Source: Eledone cirrhosa (taxonomy: Eukaryota). Taken from it: a stretch of 64,000 nt of DNA. The notes beneath the pieces were generated by a model. That model worked only from the letters and a program-made list of their open reading frames with translations. It made no database searches and was not told the DNA's origin. A program made the translations under genes and the position numbers. The stretch is taken from NCBI GenBank assembly GCA_964016885.1, contig OZ024741.1, positions 407,650,001 through 407,714,000 of the forward strand, read 5' to 3'. Positions 12,980 through 26,900 of this stretch are shown here, piece by piece; position 1 is the first letter of the stretch; every line of letters begins with the position of its first letter.

Positions 12980-15900
12980 TGTTGGTGGTGGTGTTGCTAC
13001 TGGTGGTGTTGGTGGTAGTGTTGGTACTGGTGGTGTTGGTGGTAGTGTTGTTACTGGTGGTGTTGGTGGTCGTGTTGTTACTGGTACTGGTGGTGTGGGT
13101 GGTAGTGTTGGAACTGGTTTTGTTGGTGGTAGTGTTGGTACTGGTGGTGTTGGTGGTAGTCTTGGTACTGGTGGTGTTGGTGGTAGTGTGGTACTGGTGG
13201 TGTTGGTGGTAGTGTTGTTACTGGTGGTGTTGGTGGTTGTGTTAGTACTGGTACTGGTGGTGTTGGTGGTAGTGTTAGTACTGGTACTGCTGGTGTTGGT
13301 GATAGTGTTGGTATTGGTGGTGTTGGTGGTAGTGTTGGTACTGGTGGTGTTGGTGGTAGTGTTGGTACTGGTGGTGTTGGTGGAAGTGTTGGTACTGGTG
13401 GTGTTGGTGGTAGTGTTGTTACTGGTGGTGTTGGTGGTAGTGTTAGTACTGGTACTGGTGGTGTTGGTGATAGTGTTGGTATTGGTGGTGTTGGTGGTAG
13501 TGTTGGTACTGGTGGTGTTGGTGGTAGTGTTGGTACTGGTGGTGTTGGTGGAAGTGTTGGTACTGGTGGTGTTGGTGGTAGTGTTGGTATTGGTGGTGTT
13601 GGTGGTAGTGTTGGTACTGGTGGTGTTGGTGGTAGTGTTGGCATTGGTGGTGTTGGTGGTGGTGTTGGTACTGGTGGTGTTGGTGGTTGTGTTGGTATTG
13701 GTGGTGTAGGTGATAGTGTTGTTACTGGTGGTGTTGGTGGTAGTGTTGGTACTGGTGGTGATGGTGGTAGTGTTGGTACTGGTGGTGTTGGTGGTGGTGT
13801 TGTTACTGGTAGTGTTGGTTGTAGTGTTGGTACTGGTATTGGAGGTGTTGGTGGTAGTGTTGGTACTGGTGGTGTTGGTGGTAGTTGTGGTATTGGTGGT
13901 GTTGGTGGTAGTGTTGGTATAGGTGGTGTTGGTGGTTGTGTTGGTACTGGTGGTGTTGGTGGTAGTGTTGGTACTGTTACTGGTGGTGTTGGTGGTAGTG
14001 TTGGTATTGGTGGTGTTGGTGGTAGTGTTGGTACTGGAGGTGTTGGTGGTAGTGATGGTACTGGTGGTGTTGGTGGAAGTGTTGGAACTGGTGGTGTTGG
14101 TGGTAGTGTTGGTACAGGTGCTGTTGGTGGTGGTGTTGGTATTGGTGGTGTTGGTGGTAGTGTCGGTACTGGTGGTGTTGGTGATAGTGTTGGTAATGGT
14201 ACTGGTGGTGTCGGTGGTAGTGTTGGTATTGGTGGTGTTGGTGGTAGTGTTGGTACTGGTGGTGTTGGTGTTAGTGTTGGTACTGGTGGTGTTGGTGGTA
14301 GTGTTGGTACTGGTGGTGTTGGTGATAGTGTTGGTATTGGTGGTGTTGGTGGTACTGTTGGTACTGGTGGTGTTGGTGGTAGTGTTGTCATTGGTGGTGT
14401 TGGTGGTAGTGTTGGTATTGGTGGTGTAGGTGGTAGTGTTGTTACTGGTGGTGTTGGTGGTAGTGTTGGTACTGGTGGTGTTGGTGGTAGTGTTGGTACT
14501 GGTGGTGTTGGTGTTGGTATTGCTACTGGTGCTGTTGGTGGTAATGTTGGTATTGGTGGTGTAGGTGGTAGTTTTGTTACTGGTGGTGTTGGTGGTAGTG
14601 TTGGTACTGGTAGTGTTGGTGGTAGTGTTGGTACTGGTATTGGTGGTGTTTGTGGTAGTGTTGGTATTGGTGGTGTTGGTGGTAGTGTTGGTACTGGTGG
14701 TGTTGGTGGTAGTGTTGGTACTGGTGGTGTTGGTGGTAGTGTTGGTACTGGTGGTGTTGGTGGTAGTGTTAGTACTGGTACTGGTGGTGTTGGTGATAGT
14801 GTTGGTATTGGTGGTGTTGGTGGTAGTGTTGGTACATGTGGTGTTGGTGGAAGTGTTGGAACTGGTGGTGTTGGTGGTAGTGTTGGTATTGGTGGTGTTG
14901 GTGGTAGTGTTGGTACAGGTGGTGTTGGTGGAAGTGTTGGAACTGGTGGTGTTGGAGGTAGTGTTGGTACTGGTGGTGTTGGTGGTAGTGTTGGTACTGG
15001 TGGTGTTAGTGGTAGTGTTGGTATTGTTGGTGTAGGTGGTAGTGTTGTTACTGGTGGTGTTGGTGGTAGTGTTGGTACTGGTGGTGTTGGTGGTGGTGTT
15101 GTTACTAGTACTGGTGGTGTTGGTGGTAGTGTTGGTACTGGTATTGGACGTGTTGGTGGTAGTGTTGGTACTGGTGGTGTTGGTGGTAATGTTGGTACTG
15201 GTGGTGTTGGTGGAACTGTTGGTACTGGTGGTGTTGGTGGTAGTGTTTGTACTGGTGGTGTTGGTGTTAGTGTTGGTACTGGTGGTGTTGGTGGAAGTGT
15301 TGGTACTGGTGGTGTTGGTGGTAGTGTTGGTATTGGTGGTGTTGGTGGTAGTGTTGGTACTGGTGGTGTTGGTGGTAGTGTTAGTACTGGTACTGGTGGT
15401 GTTGGTGGTAGTGTTGGTATTGGTGGTGTTGGTGGTAGTGTTGGTACTGGTGGTGTTGGTGGTAGTGTTGGTACTGGTGGTGTTGGTGGTAGTCTTGGTA
15501 CTGGTACTGGTGGTGTTGGTGGTAGTGTTGATACTGGTGGTGTTGGTGTTAGTGTTGGTACTGGTGGTGTTGGTGGTAGTGTTGGTACTGGTACTGGTGG
15601 TGTTGGTGGTACTGTTGGTACTGGTGGTGTTGGTGGTAGTGTTGGTACTGGTGGTGTTGGTGGTAGTGTTGGTACTGGTGCTGTTGGTGGTGGTACTGGT
15701 ACTGGTGGTGTTGGTGGTACTGTTGGTACAGGTGGTGTTGTTGGTAGTGTTGTTACTGGTGGTGTTGGTGGTAGTGTTGTTACTGGTGGTGTTGGTGGTA
15801 GTGTTGTTACTGGTGGTGTTGGTGGTACTGTTGGTACTGGTGGTGTTGGTGTTGGTAGTAGTGTTGATACTGGTGGTGTTGGTGGTAGTGTTGGTACTGG

Positions 15901-17682
15901 TGGTGTTGGTGGTAGTGTTGGCACTGGTGGTGTTGGTGGTAGTGTTGGTACTGGTGGTGTTGGTGGAAGTGTTGGCACTGGTGGTGTTGGTGGTAGTGTT
16001 GGTACTGGTGGTGTTGGTGGTAGTGTTGGTACTGGTGGTGTTGCTGGTAGTGTTGGTACTGGTGGTGTTGGTGGTAGTATTGGTACTGGTGTTGTTGGTG
16101 ATAGTGTTGGTATTGGTGGTGTTGGTGGTACTGTTGGTACTGGTGGTGTTGGTGGTAGTGTTGGCATTGGTGGTGTTGGTGGTGGTGTTGCTACTGGTGG
16201 TGTTGGTGGTAGTGTTGGTACTGGTGGTGTTGGTGGTAGTGTTGTTACTGGTGGTGTTGGTGGTCGTGTTGTTACTGGTACTGGTGGTGTGGGTGGTAGT
16301 GTTGGAACTGGTGGTGTTGGTGGTAGTGTTGGTACTGGTGGTGTTGGTGGTAGTCTTGGTACTGGTGGTGTTGGTGGTAGTGTGGTACTGGTGGTGTTGG
16401 TGGTAGTGTTGTTACTGGTGGTGTTGGTGGTTGTGTTAGTACTGGTACTGGTGGTGTTGGTGGTAGTGTTAGTACTGGTACTGCTGGTGTTGGTGATAGT
16501 GTTGGTATTGGTGGTGTTGGTGGTAGTGTTGGTACTGGTGGTGTTGGTGGTAGTGTTGGTACTGGTGGTGTTGGTGGAAGTGTTGGTACTGGTGGTGTTG
16601 GTGGTAGTGTTGTTACTGGTGGTGTTGGTGGTAGTGTTAGTACTGGTACTGGTGGTGTTGGTGATAGTGTTGGTATTGGTGGTGTTGGTGGTAGTGTTGG
16701 TACTGGTGGTGTTGGTGGTAGTGTTGTTACTGGTGGTGTTGGTGGTAGTGTTAGTACTGGTACTGGTGGTGTTGGTGATAGTGTTGGTATTGGTGGTGTT
16801 GGTGGTAGTGTTGGTATTGGTGGTGTTGGTGGTAGTGTTGGTGGTAGTGTTGGTGGTAGTGTTGGTACTGGTGGTGTTGGTGGTAGTGTTGGTACTGGTG
16901 GTGTTGGTGGAAGTGTTGGTACTGGTGGTGTTGGTGGTAGTGTTGGTATTGGTGGTGTTGGTGGTAGTGTTGGTACTGGTGGTGTTGGTGGTAGTGTTGG
17001 CATTGGTGGTGTTGGTGGTGGTGTTGGTACTGGTGGTGTTGGTGGTTGTGTTGGTATTGGTGGTGTAGGTGATAGTGTTGTTACTGGTGGTGTTGGTGGT
17101 AGTGTTGGTACTGGTGGTGATGGTGGTAGTGTTGGTACTGGTGGTGTTGGTGGTGGTGTTGTTACTGGTAGTGTTGGTTGTAGTGTTGGTACTGGTATTG
17201 GAGGTGTTGGTGGTAGTGTTGGTACTGGTGGTGTTGGTGGTAGTTGTGGTATTGGTGGTGTTGGTGGTAGTGTTGGTATAGGTGGTGTTGGTGGTTGTGT
17301 TGGCACTGGTGGTGTTGGTGGTAGTGTTGGTACTGTTACAGGTGGTGTTGGTGGTAGTGTTGGTATTGGTGGTGTTGGTGGTAGTGTTGGTACTGGAGGT
17401 GTTGGTGGTAGTGATGGTACTGGTGGTGTTGTTGGTAAAGTTACTATTGGTGGTGTTGGTGGTAGTGTTGGTACAGGTGCTGTTGGTGGTGGTGTTGGTA
17501 TTGGTGTTGTTGGTGGTAGTGTTGGTACTGGTGGTGTTGGTGATAGTGTTGGTACTGGTACTGGTGGTGTCGGTGGTAGTGTTGGTATTGGTGGTGTTGG
17601 TGGTAGTGTTGGTACTGGTGGTGTTGGTGTTAGTTTTGGTACTGGTGGTGTTGGTGGTAGTGTTGGTACTGGTGGTGTTGGT
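12980..17682. repeat. Segmental duplication copy 2 of 1-4703
   Basis: Same constant offset of 12979. One difference seen by eye: A at 1803 versus T at 14782. Confidence 0.93.
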
Positions 17683-20600
17683 GATAGTGTTGGTATTGGT
17701 GGTGTTGGTGGTACTGTTGGTACTGGTGGTGTTGGTGGTAGTGTTGTCATTGGTGGTGTTGGTGGTAGTGTTGGTATTGGTGGTGTAGGTGGTAGTGTTG
17801 TTACTGGTGGTGTTGGTGGTAGTGTTGGTACTGGTGGTGTTGGTGGTAGTGTTGGTACTGGTGGTGTTGGTGTTGGTATTGCTACTGGTGCTGTTGGTGG
17901 TAATGTTGGTATTGGTGGTGTAGGTGGTAGTTTTGTTACTGGTGGTGTTGGTGGTAGTGTTGGTACTGGTAGTGTTGGTGGTAGTGTTGGTACTGGTATT
18001 GGTGGTGTTTGTGGTAGTGTTGGTATTGGTGGTGTTGGTGGTAGTGTTGGTACTGGTGGTGTTGGTGGTAGTGTTGGTACTGGTGGTGTTGGTGGTAGTG
18101 TTAGTACTGGTACTGGTGGTGTTGGTGATAGTGTTGGTATTGGTGGTGTTGGTGGTAGTGTTGGTACAGGTGGTGTTGGTGGAAGTGTTGGAACTGGTGG
18201 TGTTGGTGGTAGTGTTGGTATTGGTGGTGTTGGTGGTAGTGTTGGTACTGGTGGTGTTGGTGGTAGTGTTGGTACTGGTGGTGTTGGTGGTAGTGTTGGT
18301 ATTGTTGGTGTAGGTGGTAGTGTTGTTACTGGTGGTGTTGGTGGTAGTGTTGGTACTGGTGGTGTTGGTGGTAGTGTTGGTACTGGTGGTGTTGGTGGTA
18401 GTGTTAGTACTGGTACTGGTGGTGTTGGTGATAGTGTTGGTATTGGTGGTGTTGGTGGTAGTGTTGGTACAGGTGGTGTTGGTGGAAGTGTTGGAACTGG
18501 TGGTGTTGGTGGTAGTGTTGGTATTGGTGGTGTTGGTGGTAGTGTTGGTACTGGTGGTGTTGGTGGTAGTGTTGGTACTGGTGGTGTTGGTGGTAGTGTT
18601 GGTATTGTTGGTGTAGGTGGTAGTGTTGTTACTGGTGGTGTTGGTGGTAGTGTTGGTACTGGTGGTGTTGGTGGTAGTGTTGGTATTGGTGGTGTTGGTG
18701 GTAGTGTTGGTACTGGTGGTGTTGGTGGTAGTGTTGGTACTGGTGGTGTTGGTGGTAGTGTTGGTATTGTTGGTGTAGGTGGTAGTGTTGTTACTGGTGG
18801 TGTTGGTGGTAGTGTTGGTACTGGTGGTGTTGGTGGTAGTGTTGGTACTGGTGGTGTTGGTGGTAGTGTTAGTACTGGTACTGGTGGTGTTGGTGATAGT
18901 GTTGGTATTGGTGGTGTTGGTGGTAGTGTTGGTACAGGTGGTGTTGGTGGAAGTGTTGGAACTGGTGGTGTTGGTGGTAGTGTTGGTATTGGTGGTGTTG
19001 GTGGTAGTGTTGGTACTGGTGGTGTTGGTGGTAGTGTTGGTACTGGTGGTGTTGGTGGTAGTGTTGGTATTGCTGGTGTAGGTGGTAGTGTTGTTACTGG
19101 TGGTGTTGGTGGTAGTGTTGGTACTGGTGGTGTTGGTGGTGGTGTTGTTACTAGTACTGGTGGTGTTGGTGGTAGTGTTGGTACTGGTATTGGACGTGTT
19201 TGTGGTAGTGTTGGTACTGGTGGTGTTGGTGGTAATGTTGGTACTGGTGGTGGAACTGTTGGTACTGGTGGTGTTGGTGTTAGTGTTGGTACTGGTGGTG
19301 TTGGTGGAAGTGTTGGTACTGGTGGTGTTGGTGGTAGTGTTGGTATTGGTGGTGTTGGTGGTAGTGTTGGTACTGGTGGTGTTGGTGGTAGCGTTAGTAC
19401 TGGTACTGGTGGTGTTGGTGGTAGTGTTGGTATTGGTGGTGTTGGTGGTAGTGTTGGTACTGGTGGTGTTGGTGGTAGTGTTGGTACTGGTGGTGTTGGT
19501 GGTAGTCTTGGTACTGGTACTGGTGGTGTTGGTGGTAGTGTTGGTACTGGTGGTGTTGGTGGTAGTGTTGGTACTGGTGCTGTTGGTGGTGGTACTGGTA
19601 CTGGTGGTGTTGGTGGTACTGTTGGTACTGGTGGTGTTGGTGGAACTGTTGGTACTGGTGGTGTTGGTGTTAGTGTTGGTACTGGTGGTGTTGTTGGTAG
19701 TGTTGTTACTGGTGGTGTTGGTGGTAGTGTTGTTACTGGTGGTGTTGGTGGTAGTGTTGTTACTGGTGGTGTTGGTGGTACTGTTGGTACTGGTGGTGTT
19801 GGTGTTGGTGGTAGTGTTGATACTGGTGGTGTTGGTGGTAGTGTTGGTACTGGTGGTGTTGGTGGTAATGTTGGCACTGGTGGTGTTGGTGGTAGTGTTG
19901 GTACTGGTGGTGTTGGTGGAAGTGTTGGCACTGGTGGAGTTGGTGGTAGTGTTGGTACTGGTGGTGTTGGTGGTAGTGTTGGTACTGGTGGTGTTGGTGG
20001 TAGTGTTGGTACTGGTGGTGTTGGTGGTAGTATTGGTATTGGTGGTGTTGGTGGTAATGTTGATAGTGGTGGTGTTGGTGGTAATGTTGGTACAGGTGGT
20101 GTTAGTGGTAGTGTTGGTACTGGTGGTGTTGGTGGTGGTGTTGGTACTGGTACTGGTGGTGTTGGTGCTAGTGTTGGTACAGGTGGTGTTGGTGGTAGTG
20201 TTTGTACTGGTTGTGTTGGTGGTAGTGTTGGTATTGGTGGTGTTGGTGGTAGTGTTGGTACTTTGTGGTGTTGGTGGTAGTGTTGGTACTGGTGGTGTTG
20301 GTGGTAGTGTTGGTAATGGTATTGGTGGTGTTGGTGGTAGTGTTTTTACAGGTAGTGTTGGTATTGGTGGTGTCGGTGTTAGTGTTGGTACTTGTGGTGT
20401 TGGTGGTAGTGTTGGTATTGGTGGTGTTGGTGGTAGTGTTGGTACTGGTGGTGTTGGTGTTAGTGTTGGCACTGGTGGTGTTGGTGGTAGTGTTGGTACT
20501 GGTGTTGTTGGTGGTAGTCTTGGAACTGGTGGTGTTGGTGGTAGTGTTGGTACTGGTGGTGTTGGTGGTAGTGTTGGTACTGGTGGTGTTGGTGGTAGTG

Positions 20601-20980
20601 TTGGTACTGGTGGTGTTGGTGGTAATGTTGGTACAGGTGATGTTGTTGGTAGTGTTGGAATTTGTGGTGTTGGTGGTAGTGTTGGTTCTGTTGGTGTTGG
20701 TGGTAGTGTTGGTACTGGTACTGGTGGTGTTGGTGGTAGTGTTGGTATTGGTGGTGTTTGTGGTAGTGTTGGTACTGGTACTAGTGGTGTTGGTGGTAGT
20801 GTTGGTACAAGTGGTGTTGGCTGTAGTGTTGGTATTGATGGTGTTTGTGGTAGTGTTGGTACTGGTGGTGTTGGTGGTACTGTTGGTGCTGGTACTGGTG
20901 GTGTTGGTGGTACTGTTGGTACAATTGGTGTTGGGGGTAGTGTTGGTACTGGTGGTGTTGGTGGTAGTGTTGGTACTGGT
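16900..20980. repeat. ~4-kb duplicated block, paralog at ~23150-26820 (offset 6266, dropping to ~5800 after a 465-bp local tandem duplication present only in this copy)
   Basis: ORF pairs 17069/23335, 17282/23548, 17924/24190 and 18314/24580 differ by 6266; 19082/24883 differ by 5801; identical 100-aa ORFs at 18314 and 18779 differ by 465. The marker ACAATTGGTGTTGGGGGT is at about 20921 and 26766. Confidence 0.85.
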
Positions 20981-23900
20981 TGTGTCGGTGTTGGTGGTAG
21001 TGTTGATACTGGTGGTGTTGGTGGTAGTGTTGGTACTGGTGGTGTTGGTGGTAGTGTTGGCACTGGTGGTGTTGGTGGTAGTGTTGGTACTGGTGGTGTT
21101 GGTGGAAGTGTTGGCACTGGTGGTGTTGGTGGTAGTGTTGGTACTGGTGGTGTTGGTGGTAGTGTTGGTACTGGTGGTGTTGGTGGTAGTGTTGGTACTG
21201 GTGGTGTTGGTGGTAGTATTGGTACTGGTGTTGTTGGTGATAGTGTTGGTATTGGTGGTGTTGGTGGTACTGTTGGTACTGGTGGTGTTGGTGGTAGTGT
21301 TGGCATTGGTGGTGTTGGTGGTGGTGTTGCTACTGGTGGTGTTGGTGGTAGTGTTGGTACTGGTGGTGTTGGTGGTAGTGTTGTTACTGGTGGTGTTGGT
21401 GGTCGTGTTGTTACTGGTACTGGTGGTGTGGGTGGTAGTGTTGGAACTGGTGGTGTTGGTGGTAGTGTTGGTGGTAGTGTTGGTACTGGTGGTGTTGGTG
21501 GTAGTCTTGGTACTGGTGGTGTTGGTGGTAGTGTGGTACTGGTGGTGTTGGTGGTAGTGTTGTTACTGGTGGTGTTGGTGGTTGTGTTAGTACTGGTACT
21601 GGTGGTGTTGGTGGTAGTGTTAGTACTGGTACTGCTGGTGTTGGTGATAGTGTTGGTATTGGTGGTGTTGGTGGTAGTGTTGGTACTGGTGGTGTTGGTG
21701 GTAGGGTTGGTACTGGTGGTGTTGGTGGAAGTGTTGGTACTGGTGGTGTTGGTGGTAGTGTTGTTACTGGTGGTGTTGGTGGTAGTGTTAGTACTGGTAC
21801 TGGTGGTGTTGGTGATAGTGTTGGTATTGGTGGTGTTGGTGGTAGTGTTGGTACTGGTGGTGTTGGTGGTAGTGTTGGTACTGGTGGTGTTGGTGGAAGT
21901 GTTGGTACTGGTGGTGTTGGTGGTAGTGTTGGTATTGGTGGTGTTGGTGGTAGTGTTGGTACTGGTGGTGTTGGTGGTAGTGTTGGCATTGATGGTGTTG
22001 GTGGTGGTGTTGGTACTGGTGGTGTTGGTGGTTGTGTTTGTATTGGTGGTGTAGGTGGTAGTGTTGTTACTGGTGGTGTTGGTGGTAGTGTTGGTACTGG
22101 TGGTGTTGGTGGTGGTGTTGTTACTAGTACTGGTGGTGTTGGTGGTAGTGTTGGTACTGGTATTGGACGTGTTGGTGGTAGTGTTGGTACTGGTGGTGTT
22201 GGTGGTAATGTTGGTACTGGTGGTGTTGGTGGAACTGTTGGTACTGGTGGTGTTGGTGGTAGTGTTTGTACTGGTGGTGTTGGTGTTAGTGTTGGTACTG
22301 GTGGTGTTGGTGTTAGTGTTGGTATTGGTGGTGTTGGTGGTACTGTTGGTACTGTTGGTGTTGGTGGAAGTGTTGGTACTGGTGGTGTTGGTGGTAGTGT
22401 TGGTATTGGTGGTGTTGGTGGTAGTGTTGGTACTGGGGGTGTTGGTGGTAGTGTTAGTACTGGTACTGGTGGTGTTGGTAGTGTTGGTATTGGTGGTGTT
22501 GGTGGTAGTGTTGGTACTGGTGGTGTTGGTGGTAGTGTTGGTACTGGTGGTGTTGGTGGTAGTCTTGGTACTGGTACTGGTGGTGTTGGTGGTAGTGTTG
22601 ATACTGGTGGTGTTGGTGTTAGTGTTGGTAATGGTGGTGTTGGTGGTAGTGTTGGTACTGGTACTGGTGGTGTTGGTGGTACTGTTGGTACTGGTGGTGT
22701 TGGTGGTGGTACTGGTACTGGTGGTGTTGGTGGTACTGTTGGTACAGGTGGTGTTGTTGGTAGTATTGTTACTGGTGGTGTTGGTGGTACTGTTGGTACT
22801 GGTGGTGTTGGTGGTAGTCTTGGTACTGGTGGTGTTGGTGGTAGTGTGGTACTGGTGGTGTTGGTGGTAGTGTTGTTACTGGTGGTGTTGGTGGTTGTGT
22901 TAGTACTTGTACTGCTGGTGTTGGTGATAGTGTTGGTATTGGTGGTGTTGGTGGTAGTGATGGTACTGGTGGTGTTGGTGGTAGTGTTGGTACTGGTGGT
23001 GTTGGTGGAAGTGTTGGTACTGGTGGTGTTGGTGGTAGTGTTGTTACTGGTGGTGTTGGTGGTAGTGTTAGTACTGGTACTGGTGGTGTTGGTGATAGTG
23101 TTGGTATTGGTGGTGTTGGTGGTAGTGTTGGTACTGGTGGTGTTGGTGGTAGTGTTGGTACTGGTGGTGTTGGTGGAAGTGTTGGTACTGGTGGTGTTGG
23201 TGGTAGTGTTGGTATTGGTGGTGTTGGTGGTAGTGTTGGTACTGGTGGTGTTGGTGGTAGTGTTGGCATTGGTGGTGTTGGTGGTGGTGTTGGTACTGGT
23301 GGTGTTGGTGGTTGTGTTGGTATTGGTGGTGTAGGTGATAGTGTTGTTACTGGTGGTGTTGGTGGTAGTGTTGGTACTGGTGGTGATGGTGGTAGTGTTG
23401 GTACTGGTGGTGTTGGTGGTGGTGTTGTTACTGGTAGTGTTGGTTGTAGTGTTGGTACTGGTATTGGAGGTGTTGGTGGTAGTGTTGGTACTGGTGGTGT
23501 TGGTGGTAGTTGTGGTATTGGTGGTGTTGGTGGTAGTGTTGGTATAGGTGGTGTTGGTGGTTGTGTTGGTACTGGTGGTGTTGGTGGTAGTGTTGGTACT
23601 GTTACTGGTGGTGTTGGTGGTAGTGTTGGTATTGGTGGTGTTGGTGGTAGTGTTGGTACTGGAGGTGTTGGTGGTAGTGATGGTACTGGTGGTGTTGTTG
23701 GTAAAGTTACTATTGGTGGTGTTGGTGGTAGTGTTGGTACAGGTGCTGTTGGTGGTGGTGTTGGTATTGGTGGTGTTGGTGGTAGTGTTGGTACTGGTGG
23801 TGTTGGTGATAGTGTTGGTACTGGTACTGGTGGTGTCGGTGGTAGTGTTGGTATTGGTGGTGTTGGTGGTAGTGTTGGTACTGGTGGTGTTGGTGTTAGT

Positions 23901-26900
23901 GTTGGTACTGGTGGTGTTGGTGGTAGTGTTGGTACTGGTGGTGTTGGTGATAGTGTTGGTATTGGTGGTGTTGGTGGTACTGTTGGTACTGGTGGTGTTG
24001 GTGGTAGTGTTGTCATTGGTGGTGTTGGTGGTAGTGTTGGTATTGGTGGTGTAGGTGGTAGTGTTGTTACTGGTGGTGTTGGTGGTAGTGTTGGTACTGG
24101 TGGTGTTGGTGGTAGTGTTGGTACTGGTGGTGTTGGTGTTGGTATTGCTACTGGTGCTGTTCGTGGTAATGTTGGTATTGGTGGTGTAGGTGGTAGTTTT
24201 GTTACTGGTGGTGTTGGTGTTAGTGTTGGTACTGGTAGTGTTGGTGATAGTGTTGGTACTGGTATTGGTGGTGTTTGTGGTAGTGTTGGTATTGGTGGTG
24301 TTGGTGGTAGTGTTGGTACTGGTGGTGTTGGTGGTAGTGTTGGTACTGGTGGTGTTGGTGGTAGTGTTAGTACTGGTACTGGTGGTGTTTGTGATAGTGT
24401 TGGTATTGGTGGTGTTGGTGGTAGTGTTGGTACAGGTGGTGTTGGTGGAAGTGTTGGAACTGGTGGTGTTGGTGGTAGTGTTGGTATTGGTGGTGTTGGT
24501 GGTAGTGTTGGTACTTGTGGTGTTGGTGGTAGTGTTGGTACTGGTGGTGTTGGTGGTAGTGTTGGTATTGTTGGTGTAGGTGGTAGTGTTGTTACTGGTG
24601 GTGTTGGTGGTAGTGTTGGTACTGGTGGTGTTGGTGGTAGTGTTGGTACTGGTGGTGTTGGTGGTGGTGTTAGTACTGGTACTGGTGGTGTTGGTGATAG
24701 TGTTGGTATTGGTGGTGTTGGTGGTAGTGTTGGTACAGGTGGTGTTGGTGGAAGTGTTGGAACTGGTGGTGTTGGTGGTAGTGTTGGTATTGGTGGTGTT
24801 GGTGGTAGTGTTGGTACTGGTGGTGTTGGTGGTAGTGTTGGTACTGGTGGTGTTGGTGGTAGTGTTGGTATTGCTGGTGTAGGTGGTAGTGTTGTTACTG
24901 GTGGTGTTGGTGGTAGTGTTGGTACTGGTGGTGTTGGTGGTGGTGTTGTTACTAGTACTGGTGGTGTTGGTGGTAGTGTTGGTACTGGTATTGGACGTGT
25001 TGGTGGTAGTGTTGGTACTGGTGGTGTTGGTGGTAATGTTGGTACTGGTGGTGTTGGTGGAACTGTTGGTACTGGTGGTGTTGGTGGTAGTGTTTGTACT
25101 GGTGGTGTTGGTGTTAGTGTTGGTACTGGTGGTGTTGGTGGAAGTGTTGGTACTGGTGGTGTTGGTGGTAGTGTTGGTATTGGTGGTGTTGGTGGTAGTG
25201 TTGGTACTGGTGGTGTTGGTGGTAGCGTTAGTACTGGTACTGGTGGTGTTGGTGGTAGTGTTGGTATTGGTGGTGTTGGTGGTAGTGTTGGTACTGGTGG
25301 TGTTGGTGGTAGTGTTGGTACTGGTGGTGTTGGTGGTAGTCTTGGTACTGGTACTGGTGGTGTTGGTGTTAGTGTTGATACTGGTGGTGTTGGTGTTAGT
25401 GTTGGTACTGGTGGTGTTGGTGGTAGTGTTGGTACTGGTACTGGTGGTGTTGGTGGTACTGTTGGTACTGGTGGTGTTGGTGGTAGTGTTGGTACTGGTG
25501 GTGTTGGTGGTAGTGTTGGTACTGGTGCTGTTGGTGGTGGTACTGGTACTGGTGGTGTTGGTGGTACTGTTGGTACAGGTGGTGTTGTTGGTAGTGTTGT
25601 TACTGGTGGTGTTGGTGGTAGTGTTGTTACTGGTGTTGTTGGTGGTAGTGTTGTTACTGGTGGTGTTGGTGGTACTGTTGGTACTGGTGGTGTTGGTGTT
25701 GGTGGTAGTGTTGATACTGGTGGTGTTGGTGGTAGTGTTGGTACTGGTGGTGTTGGTGGTAATGTTGGCACTGGTGGTGTTGGTGGTAGTGTTGGTACTG
25801 GTGGTGTTGGTGGAAGTGTTGGCACTGGTGGTGTTGGTGGTAGTGTTGGTACTGGTGGTGTTGGTGGTAGTGTTGGTACTGGTGGTGTTGGTGGTAGTGT
25901 TGGTACTGGTGGTGTTGGTGGTAGTATTGGTATTGGTGGTGTTGGTGGTAATGTTGGTAGTGGTGGTGTTGGTGGTAATGTTGGTACAGGTGGTGTTGGT
26001 GGTAGTGTTGGTACTGGTGGTGTTGGTGGTGGTGTTGGTACTGGTACTGGTGGTGTTGGTGCTAGTGTTGGTACAGGTGGTGTTGGTGGTAGTGTTTGTA
26101 CTGGTTGTGTTGGTGGTAGTGTTGGTATTGGTGGTGTTGGTGGTAGTGTTGGTACTGGTGGTGTTGGTGGTAGTGTTGGTACTGGTGGTGTTGGTGGTAG
26201 TGTTGGTAATGGTATTGGTGGTGTTGGTGGTAGTGTTTTTACAGGTAGTGTTGGTGGTAGTGTTGGTATTGGTGGTGTCGGTGTTAGTGTTGGTACTTGT
26301 GGTGTTGGTGGTAGTGTTGGTATTGGTGGTGTTGGTGGTAGTGTTGGTACTGGTGGTGTTGGTGTTAGTGTTGGCACTGGTGGTGTTGGTGGTAGTGTTG
26401 GTACTGGTGTTGTTGGTGGTAGTCTTGGAACTGGTGGTGTTGGTGGTAGTGTTGGTACTGGTGGTGTTGGTGGTAGTGTTGGTACTGGTGGTGTTGGTGG
26501 TAGTGTTGGTACTGGTGGTGTTGGTGGTAATGTTGGTACAGGTGATGTTGTTGGTAGTGTTGGAATTTGTGGTGTTGGTGGTAGTGTTGGTTCTGGTGGT
26601 GTTGGTGGTAGTGTTGGTACTGGTACTGGTGGTGTTGGTGGTAGTGTTGGTACAAGTGGTGTTGGCTGTAGTGTTGGTATTGATGGTGTTTGTGGTAGTG
26701 TTGGTACTGGTGGTGTTGGTGGTACTGTTGGTGCTGGTACTGGTGGTGTTGGTGGTACTGTTGGTACAATTGGTGTTGGGGGTAGTGTTGGTACTGGTGG
26801 TGTTGGTGGTAGTGTTGGTACTGGTGGTGTTGGTGGTAGTGTTGGAACTGGTACTGGTGGTGTTGGTGGTAGTGTTGGTACTGGTGGTGTTGGTGGTAGT

